Below, piece after piece: positions 46,940-57,209 of a stretch of DNA of 64,000 nucleotides. The stretch lies in IMG/VR virus record IMGVR_UViG_3300006329_000001, positions 98,718-162,717 of that record; one strand, given 5' to 3'. Positions within the stretch are counted from its first letter, which is position 1. The number at the start of each line of letters is the position of its first letter. The notes beneath the pieces were generated by a model that saw only the letters and a program-made list of their open reading frames with translations, was not told where the DNA came from and made no database searches. Position numbers and translations under genes: made by a program. Origin of the DNA: a virus.

Positions 46940-47415
46940 TATGTTAAATTTAGTTTCCTGCTGTTATTTAGCTTAGTAAAAGTAAAGAAACCTTCATGCT
47001 TTTCTTTACCCCAAGAAAATTTTCCTGTCTCTATATTATATCCAGTGTCCAATGACCTGTAGTCTGTGCCATTAAATTCTACATGACTTTCGACTCTTGT
47101 ATCCCTGACTATACATTCACCTTTTACTTCACCATACCATGTACCTTGGAAGAATCCCCACTGCATTTCACATCCCTTTTTATCAATCAAAAGGTTATGT
47201 GCTTTAGTGAAAACCGTATCAGGTGCATCATATGAGAAAGTTATATGGTAGTGTCTGTACGGGTCATCCTCCCCTGCATAGTTATACCACTGCTTGAGTT
47301 CTAATACGTTAGGTTTTATTTTGGTATAGAGAATGTTTACCCATGGCCACTTAGTAGGATTTGAGTATGCTTGTTTCTTATTCTCATAATGACCAATAAT
47401 CAATTCATCGAACAA
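46939..47415 (-). CDS. cpeT: CpeT/CpcT-like bilin lyase
   Basis: GHYENKKQAYSNP..W, PYR, S.D.G....G...WG; cyanophage CpeT pattern. Confidence 0.8.
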   Translation of the reverse strand: MFDELIIGHYENKKQAYSNPTKWPWVNILYTKIKPNVLELKQWYNYAGEDDPYRHYHITFSYDAPDTVFTKAHNLLIDKKGCEMQWGFFQGTWYGEVKGECIVRDTRVESHVEFNGTDYRSLDTGYNIETGKFSWGKEKHEGFFTFTKLNNSRKLNLT

Positions 47416-48010
47416 GGTTATACCATCCTGTAATAATCATCTTCTCTTCATTGGGTGCAGGGCATCCCTTATGAAAATGTGTCCAGTCACTTGGCCAGAT
47501 CAATGTCAACCCCTTCTTGGGTTTTACCTTTGCTTGTTGTACATCAAATAATGTTTCTCCACCTTCTTCTACATCATTACAGTATGTCATCCATGCCATA
47601 ACACGAGTGACCGCTTCTATATCTGCATTGTTTCTCTCACAATGCATCTGTTTAAATCCTCCACCTTTGGGATACCACTGCAAGTTAAAATCACTCTGCA
47701 GATCCCAATGGATAGTCCTAAGCATTGGCCAGTAGTTTACATATTCTCTCGTAATCTCTGCTAGACCATCTATGTAATCACAAATTCTTTTATCTTTAAT
47801 ATACCGAGGAATGGTCATGTCAATGGAGTCTTTGACCTCCTTATTGACCTTCTCTCCCATACCACCACAATGACCTTCTGTTTTCTCAAACAACTTTTCC
47901 ATCGCAGGATCATTCCAAAAGTCCCACAATCCATCAATAATTTCAGGTTCCATCACCCCACCCCCTATGAAAGAGTAGGGTGCATCTATATCAATATAGT
48001 CACCAATCAT
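47405..48010 (-). CDS. 2OG-Fe(II) oxygenase (prolyl-hydroxylase-like)
   Basis: HCE, WMTYCNDVEEGGET, IWPSDWTHFHKG, K.IITGW. Confidence 0.9.
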   Translation of the reverse strand: MIGDYIDIDAPYSFIGGGVMEPEIIDGLWDFWNDPAMEKLFEKTEGHCGGMGEKVNKEVKDSIDMTIPRYIKDKRICDYIDGLAEITREYVNYWPMLRTIHWDLQSDFNLQWYPKGGGFKQMHCERNNADIEAVTRVMAWMTYCNDVEEGGETLFDVQQAKVKPKKGLTLIWPSDWTHFHKGCPAPNEEKMIITGWYNLVR

Positions 48011-48026
48011 AATATGGTTTTAATTG

Positions 48027-48254
48027 TTAGTCGTCGTAAACCAAGCACTCAGGCTCGTCGGGATGCATTTCGCAAAATAGTTCTAATGCATTAGGATCAT
48101 GATGATCTCCTGCATCTATTTCTGATTTATGATGCTGCATGTACTCTTCGAGTTCATGTAGTTCCTCTTTATAATGTCTGCGTGCTGCAGGATTAGTTTG
48201 AGGATCATCAACTATCTGCTTATCTTTTTCGATGTGTTCTTCTATTGTATGCAT
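48027..48254 (-). CDS. cp12: CP12 Calvin-cycle inhibitor
   Basis: C-terminal LELFCEMHPDEPECLVYDD. Confidence 0.95.
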   Translation of the reverse strand: MHTIEEHIEKDKQIVDDPQTNPAARRHYKEELHELEEYMQHHKSEIDAGDHHDPNALELFCEMHPDEPECLVYDD

Positions 48255-48306
48255 AATCCGTACCTTATATAGTACACTACTATTTAGGTAAATTATAGCA
48301 CAAAAC

Positions 48307-49923
48307 CTAAGTATTGGGTACTGAATCCCGACATAACACCAGTTGTGTCTGCATTCCCTCTTTATTGTAACTGTGTTTTAGTCCTTTTATTAGGTACTTA
48401 CCACTATATTTCTCATCTCCTTCGACTGTATTAGTACCCTCAGTCTGTTTAGATGAAGGTATAACACATGTGATAACTCCTCCTGCGTACAATGCAGTAT
48501 TACCTGGCACGGTAATAGTTAATGATAATGTATTCAGTAATGCCACTCTAGCAGATGCATAATTCATAACTGCGAGTATGTCTTCTGGTGCATTGTCAGC
48601 ACCATTATTAGTTTGATTATTCGTCTGTTGTGTATATTTTGGAAGAACTTTAACCTTTATCCTAGTGGGATGATCTTCTTCATATAAAGCAATCTTTTTC
48701 TTATCATATGGAAATCCCTCCTCTAAGGTAGATGCTATCTGAAAAACTTTACCAAAGAAAGTAATAGCTGGTGGTAACTTAGTTCCTCCTGGTTTTGTCT
48801 GATTCTCTGCAGTATTGATTTGAGTTTGAGTATTCTTCCAGTTTAGGAGATTGGCATTAATATCCATACTGAATGAACGATTTGCTTCTCCACCTGAGTT
48901 AAAGAAATTAATCTGTGTTCGTGCATCTGCTAGGTAATCTGAGAACTCTCCTTCATTAACTGCAGTAATAGCATCCCCAACAATCTCTGTAGTATTATTG
49001 TATATCTCACCTAATCTATCAAATAGACCACTGCTAGTAGCAGATGTATTAGGTACAGCACTCTCAGAAAGAGCAGGAACGACAAGACCATAACTAATAC
49101 TCTTATATAATCCTGATCTCATTTTATCCAAATGATTCATTCTTTCTGGATACACAATACTCTCAATACGATAAGCACTATCACCTGTAGTTTTACCTTC
49201 TACGTTAGCCTGCATATAAGTATAGGTCTCTATGCTGTCCTGTTCACAGAGTTTATCGATACTATGGAAATTAAATCCAAATCTATTTTCATAGAAGAAA
49301 AACCCTGACTGAGATATCTTCTTACCACCTGTTCCACCTTTAGGTTCCTTTCTAACTACCTTATCAGTCAAATAACTGATGCAGTCAACAGGTCTCCAAT
49401 TAGGTGATACAAAATTAATATTACTATGTGCTTCTATTGCTTCATCGTGCTTTATCTTTTGAGGTGCTTTAAGTTTATTAACTATGACATCCTTTACTAC
49501 CTCTGCTTTCTGAGCATAAGGACCATACCCACCGAATGTTCTGTTTGCTTCGTTTAGATATACTTCTGGTGATGCACAATGGAGTATATACGCTTTCTTC
49601 CTTTCCATCTTAGATACTGATCCAATCTTATAGATCTGTAGATCATGATCTATAATTTCTCTTTCTGGATCTCTTGTTCCCCTGTTCTCAGGTTTAACAG
49701 CTGCATAGGTCTCAAAGCATAACTTTAACATTTCATCGCCAAATAGATTATCACCAAACTGGATAGTATCTAACATAGTAATATCACAACGGATGAATGG
49801 TGAATCTATAGTTTCATACCACTGGAATTCAGCAATCATACCTGTAATGTCGTACTTATCATCATTCATAAGAATGTACGCATCATGTAATCTATATTCT
49901 TTAGCGGATTGTGTAGTTGACAT
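48307..49923 (-). CDS. Baseplate hub/tail protein (gp27-like)
   Basis: YETIDSPF, FFFYENRFGFNFHSID, ITVPGN..L.AG..I, YSGKYLI..LKH. Confidence 0.7.
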   Translation of the reverse strand: MSTTQSAKEYRLHDAYILMNDDKYDITGMIAEFQWYETIDSPFIRCDITMLDTIQFGDNLFGDEMLKLCFETYAAVKPENRGTRDPEREIIDHDLQIYKIGSVSKMERKKAYILHCASPEVYLNEANRTFGGYGPYAQKAEVVKDVIVNKLKAPQKIKHDEAIEAHSNINFVSPNWRPVDCISYLTDKVVRKEPKGGTGGKKISQSGFFFYENRFGFNFHSIDKLCEQDSIETYTYMQANVEGKTTGDSAYRIESIVYPERMNHLDKMRSGLYKSISYGLVVPALSESAVPNTSATSSGLFDRLGEIYNNTTEIVGDAITAVNEGEFSDYLADARTQINFFNSGGEANRSFSMDINANLLNWKNTQTQINTAENQTKPGGTKLPPAITFFGKVFQIASTLEEGFPYDKKKIALYEEDHPTRIKVKVLPKYTQQTNNQTNNGADNAPEDILAVMNYASARVALLNTLSLTITVPGNTALYAGGVITCVIPSSKQTEGTNTVEGDEKYSGKYLIKGLKHSYNKEGMQTQLVLCRDSVPNT

Positions 49924-52161
49924 TTAGAACATCTCAACGGGAGGAGTATTTGATTCTGCCATCATTCCATATCTAGTACGGAAATAATCATTAGCTGGTG
50001 GTTCATATTTATTGTCAATGAATATAGGTTTAGCAGGTTTCATGTCAGTTTTATTTTGACCACTACCTAGATTTATGGGTGCAAGATCACCGTTAGTTAC
50101 ATTTACTTCATTTCCTGCTTCTTCTTCCTCTTCCACCATACTATCAACATCTATATAATCACCTGTACTCATTCCACCTGTATCCTGATGTGGAGTTGGT
50201 ACTACACCACCCATATCTAAATGAACAGGTTGTACTTCACCACCCTGAGATTTTCCTCTTCTATTCCATAGTCTTGCCACCTCTTCTGGAGGAATTCCTG
50301 CTTTGATCGCAATATTCTTAGGTGAATTTTTAGCTTTCTCGTATAATCTATATGCTGCTGTACCAGGTATCTCTCTATTAAGATTAAATGCTAAGTCTGA
50401 CTTAAAGTGAGGATTATCTAGAGTCTGGCTCCTAATCCATGCCATTTTCTTAAGTAATGCTTCTTTAACTTCTGCCTCTATTGCTTCATTAGCCTCTATC
50501 ATACTCACACCTTCATTAAATGCCCATTCACTCATATTAGCAACAGTCTTACCAAAGTTAGGCATCTTACCGTCTCTATCCATCTCAATTCTCATATGAG
50601 TTCCAAAGAACTCAGGATCACTATCAATCAATTCATTATGCTGTTTCATAAACGCTATCAATGAAGGAGCAGCAGCTTCTACTAATTCTTTGGTGCTCAT
50701 GTTACCTAGTTCAGGTGTAGGACCACCTGCTGCCATACCTTTAATCAGTCCACCACTACTAAAACTTGGTAAAGCATACCCTTTATCTGCTGCTTCTTTC
50801 TGTCTTCTACCTGTCAGAGCTGAATTTCCTCTTGTTGCAGGGGTGTCATATGGTACTACAAATGCACCACCACTCTTCTTTCTTGCAACATATTCTGTAC
50901 CATGACCTATAAATGAGGTACTCCTTCCACCATCTAATGATACAGGATATCCTGTTTGTGGTCCTTGTATCCATCCACCTGCTGCCATCTGGGGTAAAGC
51001 AACTTCACCACCAATCGCTTTCTGATTGTTTTTATTCATCATTTCGATGAAGCTTTCTCTACTCTCTTTTAGTGCTTCCTCAAAACCATCATCACCTTCC
51101 CCTAATTCTACACCCTCTTTTGTTTGTATCCTTGTATTCGAAGCATCATAATTTGCTCTCCATTCATCATAACTTTGTGGTTCAGTTTTTTGTTCATTGT
51201 TTTTATTATCTTTCTCTTCTTTCTGCTCTTCTTCTTGCTCCTCTTCTTCATCCTTCGTCATTACCTTCTTTAATCCCCATGCTGCAAGCAATGCACCACC
51301 AATCATCAAAGCAGCTCTGGGTCTCATCATAATGAATCCCAATATACCCCTAAAGACACCCATCAGTCCTTTAAGCATTCCTTTTATTAATTTAAAGAGT
51401 TTACCCCCTTTAAACAATGACATCACTGCTTTTAGACCAAACTTAGCCATCTTAGCAGGTGCAAAAAAGATTGCTGCTGCAGTGAGGAACTTAATAATTC
51501 CAAATATACCCTTAAAACTTACGGGATTTGATATAAAATCTACAAGACCACCAAGTCCGAAATCAATTAACCATCCACCCAACGTGAACAGCCATTTTCC
51601 TATTCTAGCTATACCTGATATCAGTTTCTTTAGTTTCTTCTGGTTTTCAGGATTACCCATCCATTTGAGTAATGTGAAGGTAATTAACGTCTTAAAGGCA
51701 TTACCTATGAATTTTGCTATACCTGAAAAGAATCCAAATGCATTAGAAACAGCAGTACCAACTACCTCTCCTGCAGTATAAGCGAGTCCTCCTCCCTTTT
51801 TCTTCCCTTTTCCTTCCTGCAGATTTTCTGCAGCTAAATCATCTTCTAGATCTTTTTGCCTTTCTAAATCCTCTGCTTCTTCTTTTCTCTGTGTAACTAA
51901 CTTCTCTACTCCTGCTTCTCTTTGATCTGCTAAATCCTGTTGCTGTTGTATCTGCATTTGCATACTGTCAGCAAATGTCTTGTTCATCTTCTCCACAATA
52001 ATAGCAATACTATTAGTAGTCGCACCTATACTATTGGTTGCTTTTATCAATGAGGTCATACCCTCACTAGCACCAGTAACTGTCTTACCACCAACTTGTA
52101 TAGTAAGTCCACCCTTTATCTTGGGTGGTGTAACCATTTTGTATAGTCTTGCTTTTGCCAT
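49924..52161 (-). CDS. Tape-measure/baseplate-hub-like protein (gp29-like)
   Basis: Coiled coil plus amphipathic/hydrophobic segments; in the tail module. Confidence 0.55.
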   Translation of the reverse strand: MAKARLYKMVTPPKIKGGLTIQVGGKTVTGASEGMTSLIKATNSIGATTNSIAIIVEKMNKTFADSMQMQIQQQQDLADQREAGVEKLVTQRKEEAEDLERQKDLEDDLAAENLQEGKGKKKGGGLAYTAGEVVGTAVSNAFGFFSGIAKFIGNAFKTLITFTLLKWMGNPENQKKLKKLISGIARIGKWLFTLGGWLIDFGLGGLVDFISNPVSFKGIFGIIKFLTAAAIFFAPAKMAKFGLKAVMSLFKGGKLFKLIKGMLKGLMGVFRGILGFIMMRPRAALMIGGALLAAWGLKKVMTKDEEEEQEEEQKEEKDNKNNEQKTEPQSYDEWRANYDASNTRIQTKEGVELGEGDDGFEEALKESRESFIEMMNKNNQKAIGGEVALPQMAAGGWIQGPQTGYPVSLDGGRSTSFIGHGTEYVARKKSGGAFVVPYDTPATRGNSALTGRRQKEAADKGYALPSFSSGGLIKGMAAGGPTPELGNMSTKELVEAAAPSLIAFMKQHNELIDSDPEFFGTHMRIEMDRDGKMPNFGKTVANMSEWAFNEGVSMIEANEAIEAEVKEALLKKMAWIRSQTLDNPHFKSDLAFNLNREIPGTAAYRLYEKAKNSPKNIAIKAGIPPEEVARLWNRRGKSQGGEVQPVHLDMGGVVPTPHQDTGGMSTGDYIDVDSMVEEEEEAGNEVNVTNGDLAPINLGSGQNKTDMKPAKPIFIDNKYEPPANDYFRTRYGMMAESNTPPVEMF

Positions 52162-52162
52162 A

Positions 52163-54589
52163 CTACTTCATCTTATCGGATAACATCATTGGAGACTGAC
52201 CATACACAACCGTTGGAGCAGGTGCAGATACTGACTGACCAGGAGTGAATATTTGTTGCCTTGCAACAATTATATTGGTTATAGTCTTTTTCTTAGGCTT
52301 TCTCCTAAAAGGTTTACCTATTTTACTAAGTATTCCACCAAGTTTATCTTTAGTATTTATGGCAAAATCTTCTATTTTCTCACCCATAGGTGAATCTAAT
52401 AACGCTTGTATCCTTTTATTCTGTTCTATCCATGGAACTACTCCTCCCCTAGAGAAATCATAAGGATTATCTTCATTATTCATGGATAAATCTTCACCAG
52501 TTGTTACCTCATTTTCTGATAGTGCATCGTCTACTTCTGAGTCACGAGCAGGTGCTTTAACACGACCACTCTCAAGAATATAGTTATTAGGATTTTCTAA
52601 AATTAAATCTATATCACCCTCATATGCAGGGTTACCATCCCAATCATTATTTGATAAACCTGCACCAATACGAGCTCTATAAAGAGCATTAGATATACGA
52701 TGACGTTCTCCAGACTGGAGTTCTGTCATTATTGCAGGTTCATTTCTTTGGATTACTGTTGTCTGATTATTTGTTGTAGGAGTCTCGTCCTTTACCTCTT
52801 CTTTCTCTTCTTCTTCACCACCACCGAAAGGATCTCTTACAAGCATCCTACCATCATTCATTATAGGATCTGGTATCTTTGATAATCCAGTCTTAGCTAA
52901 CCCTTGTAGTAATTTACTTGCTATAAAATCTCCAACCATTGCACCTGCCATACCAGTGATGAAACCAGGTGCACCACCGAACGGAGCACCAATCGCAAAA
53001 CCTGCAGTATATCCTACAAGTCCACCTATTGCATTTACAATAGCGTTGATAGGAGATTCCTGAAATACAGTATAGTCAAGAAGACCCATAACAGCAGCAA
53101 TAACTGCATCAACACCACCAATCTTTGCTGCTTTAGCTGCTTTAAGTCCTTCTCTTAGTTTTAAAATGTTTTTATTATTCTTCGCACCCTTTAATAATCC
53201 TTTTATTGCTTTTCCTGCTTTCTTGGGATCTTTAACCATCCCCATAATCTTTGCTACTGTCTTATTCTTCTTAACGAGATCATCCATTGATCCCTTAAGC
53301 ATATTCTTAACTTTTTCTCCTAATAATTTAGGATTCTTAGCAAGTTCTACAATATCACCAATCTTCTTAGCCCAAGTAGCAGCTTTCTCTTTTATACCAG
53401 CTACTATGCCATTTATTCTCTTACTAAATGATTTACCAAAGTCATCTGCCCATTGACCAAATTTTTGACCTTGTTTTCCAGCCCACTCTACACCCTCCGA
53501 TACCAAGTTTTTAGTTTGATTAATCTTCTTACCCGTAAAGTCTTTTAGTCTACCCCACAATCCCTTACCAGTTTGTCCTGCTTGTCCCAGACGATTTTTG
53601 ATACCTTTCCAAAGACCTTTACCCTTTTTCCAAAGATCTTTACCAGTTTTTAGTGCATTCTTTCCAAAATTTTTGACATTCTGTATCGTTCTACCTGCCT
53701 TTACCTGTAGTTTCCTACGCATGGTACGAACACGGTCACCAATATTCTTAAACCTTCTTGTCTTAGGTTTAGGTGGTTTTGGTGGTTTATCTGGCATCTC
53801 CCCTTTAGTTAATGCCTTACCGATGTTTTTCATCGCTTTGACATCACTTAAAAGTTTCCATGGCATCATCATCCTAGATGCTAACCAGAAACTTGCCATT
53901 CCACCTATGATCTTAAAGACCCCAAACATTGCTTCGAATGCTTTCTCAAAGTTAGTTTGACCTGGATCTTTATCTCCGAATATATTACCAACACCCGTCA
54001 GAACATTATCCATGCCCCAACTGACTAACTTAAAGACCATCTTACCCATTGCTCCAAAGAATTTGAGCAATGTTTTTATAGTTTCATTTTGTTTTTTATC
54101 TCCCAGAAACTTAAAGAACTTATATGCAACAAATCCCTGTAATAGACTTCCTAAGAAACCTGCTATTGGTGCAAATGGTTTTAGAAACTCCTCCATCCAA
54201 GATAATTCCTTCTTAGGAGTCTGTTTCGCTTTGTTTACACCTTCTTCATTTGCTTCATCCTCATCTAGACCCTCTTGTGCTTCTTCTGCTTCTAAATCTT
54301 CTTCTAGATTTGCTTCTTTCTTCTTTTTCTTTGCAGTAGCAGTCCTCATGTCGAGTTTCTTATCGACCTCTTCATCCTGCTCTTTCTTTCTGTCTAAGAA
54401 ATTATCAGAGAGAAACTCTTTCTGAAACTCCATCATATTGACGATATTTGCCAAGTTCTGACCAATACCAGTTAATGTACCACCAAGTCTATTATAAGCA
54501 ATAGTCTGAGCTTTAATCTGCGTCCCAAAAGGAGTACTTCCTCTTTTGGGATTAATTGAGATAAACTTTCTTACTGCTGCAGTTGCCAT
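52163..54589 (-). CDS. Tape-measure/baseplate-hub-like protein (gp29-like)
   Basis: Lys/Gly-rich amphipathic helices and glycine-zipper TM region; follows gp51. Confidence 0.6.
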   Translation of the reverse strand: MATAAVRKFISINPKRGSTPFGTQIKAQTIAYNRLGGTLTGIGQNLANIVNMMEFQKEFLSDNFLDRKKEQDEEVDKKLDMRTATAKKKKKEANLEEDLEAEEAQEGLDEDEANEEGVNKAKQTPKKELSWMEEFLKPFAPIAGFLGSLLQGFVAYKFFKFLGDKKQNETIKTLLKFFGAMGKMVFKLVSWGMDNVLTGVGNIFGDKDPGQTNFEKAFEAMFGVFKIIGGMASFWLASRMMMPWKLLSDVKAMKNIGKALTKGEMPDKPPKPPKPKTRRFKNIGDRVRTMRRKLQVKAGRTIQNVKNFGKNALKTGKDLWKKGKGLWKGIKNRLGQAGQTGKGLWGRLKDFTGKKINQTKNLVSEGVEWAGKQGQKFGQWADDFGKSFSKRINGIVAGIKEKAATWAKKIGDIVELAKNPKLLGEKVKNMLKGSMDDLVKKNKTVAKIMGMVKDPKKAGKAIKGLLKGAKNNKNILKLREGLKAAKAAKIGGVDAVIAAVMGLLDYTVFQESPINAIVNAIGGLVGYTAGFAIGAPFGGAPGFITGMAGAMVGDFIASKLLQGLAKTGLSKIPDPIMNDGRMLVRDPFGGGEEEEKEEVKDETPTTNNQTTVIQRNEPAIMTELQSGERHRISNALYRARIGAGLSNNDWDGNPAYEGDIDLILENPNNYILESGRVKAPARDSEVDDALSENEVTTGEDLSMNNEDNPYDFSRGGVVPWIEQNKRIQALLDSPMGEKIEDFAINTKDKLGGILSKIGKPFRRKPKKKTITNIIVARQQIFTPGQSVSAPAPTVVYGQSPMMLSDKMK

Positions 54590-54783
54590 TAGAGACTTAC
54601 TCTGTTCTTATTCTGTGCTTGTTTTCTTTGCTGCTCAACCTCATTAATATGTGCAATTAGAAGGTTGACATAAATGTCTCTCTCCCAAGGCATCATATTT
54701 TCCAATTCAGTAAGACTATATTTGTGATGTTGCATCAATGCGAAATTAGTCTTGTACATGTTCTCAAGACTATCGTGCATCAA
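54589..54783 (-). CDS. gp51: Baseplate hub assembly protein gp51
   Basis: NFALMQHHKYSLTELENMMPWERDIY. Confidence 0.85.
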   Translation of the reverse strand: MMHDSLENMYKTNFALMQHHKYSLTELENMMPWERDIYVNLLIAHINEVEQQRKQAQNKNRVSL

Positions 54784-54785
54784 TG

Positions 54786-55487
54786 CTACCCGAAAAAACT
54801 TGCAAGTCCCTCCAGTTTTAGCTCACTCTTTTTCTTAGTCTTAGGATTAAATACGGTAATCGTATGCTCAAGTTTAGGCATAGTCTCAAAGAAATCTTGG
54901 ATCTTAGCAAATTGATCCTGATTCATATCACCAATGAAATCATGTGCTTCTTTCGCTGTGAAAGAGTCATAGATCTCTTCTCCCTGATATACTTTGTCAA
55001 TACATGATGCAGATAAGTCAAAAACGTCTTCCATAGTAGGGTCGTTCTTCATATTACGATCAATAAACGCATTTAGAGACGGATATTTCATCTCAATCTT
55101 AATATCATCATCTATAGTAAGGATTCTTTTATGTTCCTTCGGTACTTGTACCTCAATTTCTTCCAAGTCGAGTTTGACATCGATCTTTGTCTTTTTATCA
55201 TCAGGGCATGTTACTTTAAATTCACTTGATTCACCGACTGCTTTAGCACGGATTCTCAAAAACAAATACTCAATCTCAAAGGTAGGCAGTTTATTGATAT
55301 CTTTCACATTGGTACATGCTTTAAGGATAGTCTTAACTGCTTTTGCCATTTCTTTCTCATCTTGAGTTTCCATTGCTATGTAAAGCAATTTCTCCTCTTT
55401 CACAAGAAATGGTCTATAACTGACTTTTGTACCAGTAACAGGTAGTACGCAGTCATAGTCAGGCACTGCAAGTTTTGGTAAAGGCAT
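54786..55487 (-). CDS. gp26: Baseplate hub subunit gp26
   Basis: MPLPK..P.Y...YRPFLVKEEK.L...EYLFL.IRAKAVGE. Confidence 0.9.
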   Translation of the reverse strand: MPLPKLAVPDYDCVLPVTGTKVSYRPFLVKEEKLLYIAMETQDEKEMAKAVKTILKACTNVKDINKLPTFEIEYLFLRIRAKAVGESSEFKVTCPDDKKTKIDVKLDLEEIEVQVPKEHKRILTIDDDIKIEMKYPSLNAFIDRNMKNDPTMEDVFDLSASCIDKVYQGEEIYDSFTAKEAHDFIGDMNQDQFAKIQDFFETMPKLEHTITVFNPKTKKKSELKLEGLASFFG

Positions 55488-55513
55488 AATTTAATATATT
55501 ACGATATTTTTAT

Positions 55514-56299
55514 TTAGACACCATATTTGGAGAACTCTCCACCAGAAGGGATGGTGCTCGCAGTTACATGCTTAGCTTGTGCTGTAGTCTTGAGTCCATC
55601 AATATTAACTGTGTCAAATCTATATCTTTCCATCTGAAACTGAATATTCAGTTCTAGGAGAGACCTAGCGTCATTATTTAGGGTGATTGTGCCTATGTTC
55701 TTTGGGAATACCCCAAAGCACTTATAGACAGCAGTCGCTTGATTCATTCTAAACTTGTAATCTACTCTATCGCTTCCTTCACCTATTTGTTTGTTTAACC
55801 ATGTATTAGATCCACTCTCCCACTTAACTATTTGCAACTGTGTTGTATATTGATCGTAAAATCCTACTGTATTATCTGCATCAGAAGCACAGTTATGCAT
55901 CCATTGCTCAAAAAATGCTCTATGTTGGTTATCTTTAGTTACCAAAAAAGTAATATCCAAATCAGTTGGTGACTGCCCACTAGCATAACTACGGTTCATT
56001 CCACCCACATGAACTTCTGTAGTTGCTACATTTCTCGATGGAACAGTAACACTGGTTGCAAATAAACTAATATTCTTTCTTATATTTCTACCATTAGCAT
56101 CCGAAGACAACCATCCTGTAGATGCCTGACTAAGCTGATTAACAGGTCCCATAACTACTGGTATACTCATGACAATCTCAAATAAGTTATTGCGTGCGGG
56201 TTCCAAATGACCCATTGCAACAGCTTCCTGGAATGTCTGAAAATAATTCGGACTATAATTAAGTTCATCAACTACAGTCGGTGTCTCTTCGAATGCCAT
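55514..56299 (-). CDS. Tail tube-like protein (gp54/gp19 fold)
   Basis: ARNNLFEI, R.FFEQW, FYDQY, FPKNIG. Confidence 0.65.
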   Translation of the reverse strand: MAFEETPTVVDELNYSPNYFQTFQEAVAMGHLEPARNNLFEIVMSIPVVMGPVNQLSQASTGWLSSDANGRNIRKNISLFATSVTVPSRNVATTEVHVGGMNRSYASGQSPTDLDITFLVTKDNQHRAFFEQWMHNCASDADNTVGFYDQYTTQLQIVKWESGSNTWLNKQIGEGSDRVDYKFRMNQATAVYKCFGVFPKNIGTITLNNDARSLLELNIQFQMERYRFDTVNIDGLKTTAQAKHVTASTIPSGGEFSKYGV

Positions 56300-56775
56300 T
56301 AAACTCTACTCCATATATGGCTGCTAGGAATATCCATCCACATTCCCCCTCGCTTAATCCAGAATTTTTCTAGTGGCAAGGGGTTCCAATTAACAAATTC
56401 TTCCCTAGGTACTATTTTAGGGTTAGATACACTTGACATAAAGTATTTATGATAGCACTGCATAGGATATTGATATGCACCAGTTGCCCACATTTTACCT
56501 ACTGACCTTCGGAAGTTTGGTCGTAGATAATGTAGATTACCACCTGTAAATTGTCCTTTATTGGTATCTCTCTCCGTTACCTGTACCATAGGATATTGGT
56601 CATACCATGGTAATGGTGGTGATGGAGTTTGTGGACTGTATGAGAAAAATATGATGTCACCAGTCTTAAAACCACCATCATAGTCCTGTAACCCATAAAG
56701 TAGCTGTGAACGGTACCAATCTCTGCTCTTTGGTTGACCGCCCGCTAAATCCTTTACGTCGTTAAAAATGCTCAT
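56299..56775 (-). CDS. gp2: DNA end protector gp2-like
   Basis: G..FFSY.P..LPWYDQYP...G.NLHYL.P. Confidence 0.75.
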   Translation of the reverse strand: MSIFNDVKDLAGGQPKSRDWYRSQLLYGLQDYDGGFKTGDIIFFSYSPQTPSPPLPWYDQYPMVQVTERDTNKGQFTGGNLHYLRPNFRRSVGKMWATGAYQYPMQCYHKYFMSSVSNPKIVPREEFVNWNPLPLEKFWIKRGGMWMDIPSSHIWSRV

Positions 56776-57209
56776 ACCCTGAGTTCGTTTTCTGTTAATA
56801 TCAAGAAAGTCATTCTACGATCCTTACAATATTCACCTGCAGCCTTCCATTTAGCGTTATTTACTGCAAAAGTCTTTACTTCTGATAAATAGGATCTAGT
56901 TACCTTAATCTTCTTACGTTTCGGTTGCTGAGTCTGTGCATAAGGTTTAATTTCGATAATGCTCTTTGCGAGCTTTCCTGTCTTGGTTCTTGCCTTAACG
57001 TAAAAATCGGGAAAATAACGGTGAATACGATTATCCACGGGACTACGATAAGGAATAATAATTTCTTCACTTCCCCACTCCAAAATGTTTTCATTCTTGT
57101 CACAGTATAGCATAAACTTTTTTTCCCACAAAGACCTATAAATAATGTTAGTAGGATCCCCTTTATACTTTTTGTAATTAATTGGTTTAAATTTTCCAGA
57201 ATAAGACAT
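56772..57209 (-). CDS. gp4: Head completion protein gp4
   Basis: MSYSGKFKP.N..KYKGDP..IIYRSLWE...HRYFPDF...EIKP...N.AKW.AA. Confidence 0.93.
   Translation of the reverse strand: MSYSGKFKPINYKKYKGDPTNIIYRSLWEKKFMLYCDKNENILEWGSEEIIIPYRSPVDNRIHRYFPDFYVKARTKTGKLAKSIIEIKPYAQTQQPKRKKIKVTRSYLSEVKTFAVNNAKWKAAGEYCKDRRMTFLILTENELRV
57137..57144 (+). promoter_or_regulatory. Late promoter for gp48-gp53, inside gp4
   Basis: Exact TATAAATA on plus strand about 64 nt upstream of the gp48 ATG. Confidence 0.6.

Noticed and set aside
51197-51781. 194-aa plus-strand ORF and other plus-strand ORFs opposite large genes
   Set aside because: Antisense shadows of well-supported minus-strand genes, with no motifs
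56772-57209. TnsA-like nuclease as a transposon gene
   Set aside because: It is T4 gp4 in its normal tail-module context; no transposase or terminal repeats
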